Shown here: piece after piece, positions 43,802 to 46,115 of the stretch
Position numbering within the stretch: position 1 is the stretch's first letter
Layout of the letters: every line of letters starts with the position of its first letter
Origin: a virus
Lineage: Duplodnaviria; Caudoviricetes
Reading direction: 5' to 3' (one strand)
Virus record (IMG/VR): IMGVR_UViG_3300031228_000011
Location: 1-46,115 of that record
Length of the DNA stretch: 46,115 bases
Program-made: the position numbers and the translations under genes
Notes under the pieces: model-generated
Database searches by the model: none
What the model saw: only the letters and a program-made list of their open reading frames with translations
What the model was told of the DNA's origin: nothing

Positions 43802-43896
43802 CGCGAAAGGGATCGTGGCCGCGAAGCGGACGAGACCCGTAGGGGCTCGGTTGAGCGAAGCGAAATAGAGCCCGGTGCGCGTAGCGCATTCGCCCA
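43802..43896 (+). repeat. Dispersed multi-hairpin element, copy D (intergenic)
   Basis: CGCGAAAGGGAT...CGAGAC..GGCTCGGTT...AGCCCGGT-hairpin-TCGCCCA. Confidence 0.72.
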
Positions 43897-43929
43897 CCCT
43901 TTCCCACCCCATTCAAAGGACTCCTCCCC

Positions 43930-44238
43930 ATGCCCACAGCCATGACCACCCCGAGCAAGGTTGAACAGGTGGACATTGACTTAGCCAAGCGGATCATTGC
44001 CGACGCACAGCTCAAGCTGGTGTGCATGAAGCCAGAATACGATGCCGTGGACAATGCAGCCGCTTGGATCGCATCCCACCGCATCGCCGCCGAAGCCAAG
44101 ACGCGCGAGGAAGATGCGCGGATCGCGGATGATCGTCGGAAAGCCGAACGCGCCAAAGGCAACTTTGCCCAAGCGCACGTCTGCGATGACATCGCCACCG
44201 CCATCCGCTCCCGCATGGAGACAGACAATGAACGTTGA
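43930..44238 (+). CDS. Hypothetical protein
   Basis: AAGGA RBS; E.DA.IAD...IA.AIR motif. Confidence 0.65.
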   Translation: MPTAMTTPSKVEQVDIDLAKRIIADAQLKLVCMKPEYDAVDNAAAWIASHRIAAEAKTREEDARIADDRRKAERAKGNFAQAHVCDDIATAIRSRMETDNER

Positions 44239-44551
44239 GAAGCTGATCGAACGAGCAAAGCGGAAGCAGGTCATCACAGTGGACTTCGACATGATCGAGC
44301 GGCGCGCCACGACAGAAGATCGCCTCGTCAACCCTGACGGTCCCGCACTCGCCGAAGCCCTATCCCGTCAGAAGGCTGCGGGGGACGCGATAGCGGAGGC
44401 GACTAACGCTCTGTTGGCGCAATTCGACGCCTACCAGAACAGCGACCTCAACTACGAATGTGCCCACCGATTTCTGGTCCGCTACGAACTTTGGGAACGG
44501 CTCGGCGCCGCCCTCACCGCTTGGAACAGCATCGAACAAGGAGATGAATGA
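44228..44551 (+). CDS. Hypothetical protein
   Basis: GGAG RBS; LVNPDGP motif. Confidence 0.65.
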   Translation: MNVEKLIERAKRKQVITVDFDMIERRATTEDRLVNPDGPALAEALSRQKAAGDAIAEATNALLAQFDAYQNSDLNYECAHRFLVRYELWERLGAALTAWNSIEQGDE

Positions 44552-44736
44552 TGCCGATCACACACATTGGAGGCCGCTGCGTCAATACGACCAGTTTCGG
44601 AAGCGGGCGCTCGCAGGTCAACGCCAAGGGCTTCGACATTCGCCAGCCCATGCACGTCAAACTGGTCAATGAAGCGCTCCGAAACGCGAACGGCGGCACA
44701 ATCAACTTGAAGCTCGGTCGGTTCGCAGATGACTAG
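44548..44736 (+). CDS. Hypothetical protein
   Basis: AAGGAG RBS; coupled. Confidence 0.45.
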   Translation: MMPITHIGGRCVNTTSFGSGRSQVNAKGFDIRQPMHVKLVNEALRNANGGTINLKLGRFADD

Positions 44737-44765
44737 CGCCACCCTCAACAGCATTGGAGCCGACC

Positions 44766-44993
44766 GTGAAAACTGACGCACAGAAGGTGGCCGAGGGGTT
44801 GGCCGAAGCGGAGTTCTGCGCGCGCTTCAAGGCGCGGATGCTCGCGGTCGCTGGGCCGACCTTCGATGACGGTGATAGCATCGCCGAATACGCGGATGAA
44901 ACGGCGCCGACCTATTGGGAAACCGACTGGCAGCGCGCCCTTGGGCCAGAGGAATGCGCGGATGCAGACATGAGCTATTGGGGGGAAGAGTGA
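44766..44993 (+). CDS. Hypothetical acidic protein
   Basis: GGAG RBS; PEECADADMSYW C-terminus. Confidence 0.6.
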   Translation: MKTDAQKVAEGLAEAEFCARFKARMLAVAGPTFDDGDSIAEYADETAPTYWETDWQRALGPEECADADMSYWGEE

Positions 44994-45229
44994 TGGACTG
45001 CGCCTGCTACCGCTGCACCAAGGCCGCCGTCGAGGCTGAACCTCGCGAGGACGGGTTCGGCGGGCAAGACCTCCGCATGATGGGGATGTTTCTGTGCGAG
45101 ACGTGCGGCAACAAGCGCTGCCCCCACGCGGCCGATCACCGTCTCGCCTGCACCAACAGCAACGCGCCGGGGCAGCATGGCAGCCTTTACGCCGACGTTT
45201 CACCGCCCAAGGATTTGGGCCATGAATAG
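44993..45229 (+). CDS. Small Zn-binding protein
   Basis: C.C..C...M.LC..CGNKRCP.A..H...CT.SN..GQ.GS.Y. Confidence 0.7.
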   Translation: MDCACYRCTKAAVEAEPREDGFGGQDLRMMGMFLCETCGNKRCPHAADHRLACTNSNAPGQHGSLYADVSPPKDLGHE

Positions 45230-45773
45230 CACCCCCGATAGGGATGAACTGCTGGCGGATGAGGCGGTCGAATATGAGGACCAAGCCTACGTTGAGGGCG
45301 TTCGCGATCTGGCTCGGATGATAACCGCTGACAAGGCAGCAAACTGGAAGGCCGTAGCGGGTGTCCTATGCGATTGCGCTGACATCATGGAGCGACAAGG
45401 CCGCGCCGCTCTCCGCACCCCCACACCGGTAGCCGATGAGGCGCTTGTTGAGCGCGCCACCGGTTACAGCGACGCGTTCTACCAGATCGGCAAGATGCTC
45501 GGCATCCCGGCGCAGGATAGGACGCCCGCCGAGGTGTGGCACAAACAGATGCGTCCGATGCTTGAGGCAGCCCTGCAACAGGTGCAGCCGTTGGATGGGG
45601 CGCTGCGGGCGATCGAAGGCCGCGTTAAGACAGCGTCGAATCTCTTCCACAACTCGCAGCAATGGCACGAGGAAGACGGGTTAGACGGCGAAGCTACCCT
45701 GTGGGATTGGGTATTCGCGCCAGTCCGCTCCGCCATCCGCCAGCTTGATGTTCGCCCGGAGACGGAGGGGTGA
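45222..45773 (+). CDS. Hypothetical protein
   Basis: AAGGA RBS; overlaps the upstream gene. Confidence 0.6.
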   Translation: MNSTPDRDELLADEAVEYEDQAYVEGVRDLARMITADKAANWKAVAGVLCDCADIMERQGRAALRTPTPVADEALVERATGYSDAFYQIGKMLGIPAQDRTPAEVWHKQMRPMLEAALQQVQPLDGALRAIEGRVKTASNLFHNSQQWHEEDGLDGEATLWDWVFAPVRSAIRQLDVRPETEG

Positions 45774-45907
45774 CCAGCAGCATTGAATCCCGGCTGCGCT
45801 CTTGGGAAGAGGTGATCGAGAAGGGCGGACCCCGATGGTTGGTGGAGTGTGCGCCTCGTATTGTCGAGGAGCTTCGCGCCGAGTTGAAGCGAGCCGCCAA
45901 GCGGTGA
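45770..45907 (+). CDS. Hypothetical 45-aa protein
   Basis: GGAG RBS; GTGA coupling. Confidence 0.45.
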   Translation: MTSSIESRLRSWEEVIEKGGPRWLVECAPRIVEELRAELKRAAKR

Positions 45908-45988
45908 CCGACCCCCACGCCTACCTCCGCGCTTGCCGAACATCCACGAAACACAACGCTCGTTGTGTAACGCGAAAGGCCATTCGGT

Positions 45989-46115
45989 GAGACACAACGA
46001 CGACGACTTCCTCGCGATCCCGCGCCTGGCGGAGTATTACCGCCCCGGAACACCTGTTGTGGGGTGGGGGACTATTCCAGAGGGGTGGGGCAATCGACCG
46101 CAGCGCCATGCCCCT
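45989..46115. repeat. Terminal direct repeat, right copy (identical to 1-127)
   Basis: Exact 127-nt match. Confidence 0.93.

Noticed and set aside
36351-43896. CRISPR array or IS/MITE family for the dispersed repeats
   Set aside because: The copies are scattered, diverged and in both orientations with no regular spacers; no transposase, cas gene or target-site duplication was seen.
45989-46115. 127-bp terminal repeat as a biological direct terminal repeat
   Set aside because: The length equals a common assembly k-mer, the break is far from the terminase genes, and the HNH-terS-terL arrangement suggests cos-type packaging; treated as circular overlap.

Overview
This window is an apparently complete, circularly assembled genome of a temperate siphovirus. 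The unique length is about 45,988 bp: bases 1-127 are repeated exactly at 45989-46115, most likely an assembler overlap. The host is probably alphaproteobacterial, judging from the GTA-like tail tip module and a tRNA-Ser attP core. The minus strand carries cro, a replication/DNA-methylase block, a NusG-family antiterminator and the late operon: HNH-terS-terL, prohead protease, HK97-type capsid, portal, neck, tail and lysis genes. The plus strand carries cI, early accessory genes (including a NADAR hydrolase), recombination genes, xis, a tyrosine integrase and an intact attP. Five observations stand out. (1) Three HNH endonuclease genes sit in host genes without an intron or intein. Two are accompanied by a synonymously recoded duplicate of the disrupted gene end (endolysin C-terminus; DNA methyltransferase N-terminus). 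The third is overprinted in the +1 frame inside the still-open methyltransferase ORF. (2) A polysaccharide-locus-like enzyme set (two SAM methyltransferases, a ParB/Srx-like protein, a GT-A glycosyltransferase and a TupA-type ATP-grasp ligase) is embedded in the head-assembly genes and is a candidate virion surface modification system. (3) Four copies of an ~85-bp multi-hairpin element sit at early-gene boundaries in both orientations. (4) A ~500-bp hairpin-dense region follows the replication gene. (5) The attP carries the 5' half of tRNA-Ser(GCT) plus a candidate replacement promoter. All family assignments come from motif recognition by eye; no searches were run.
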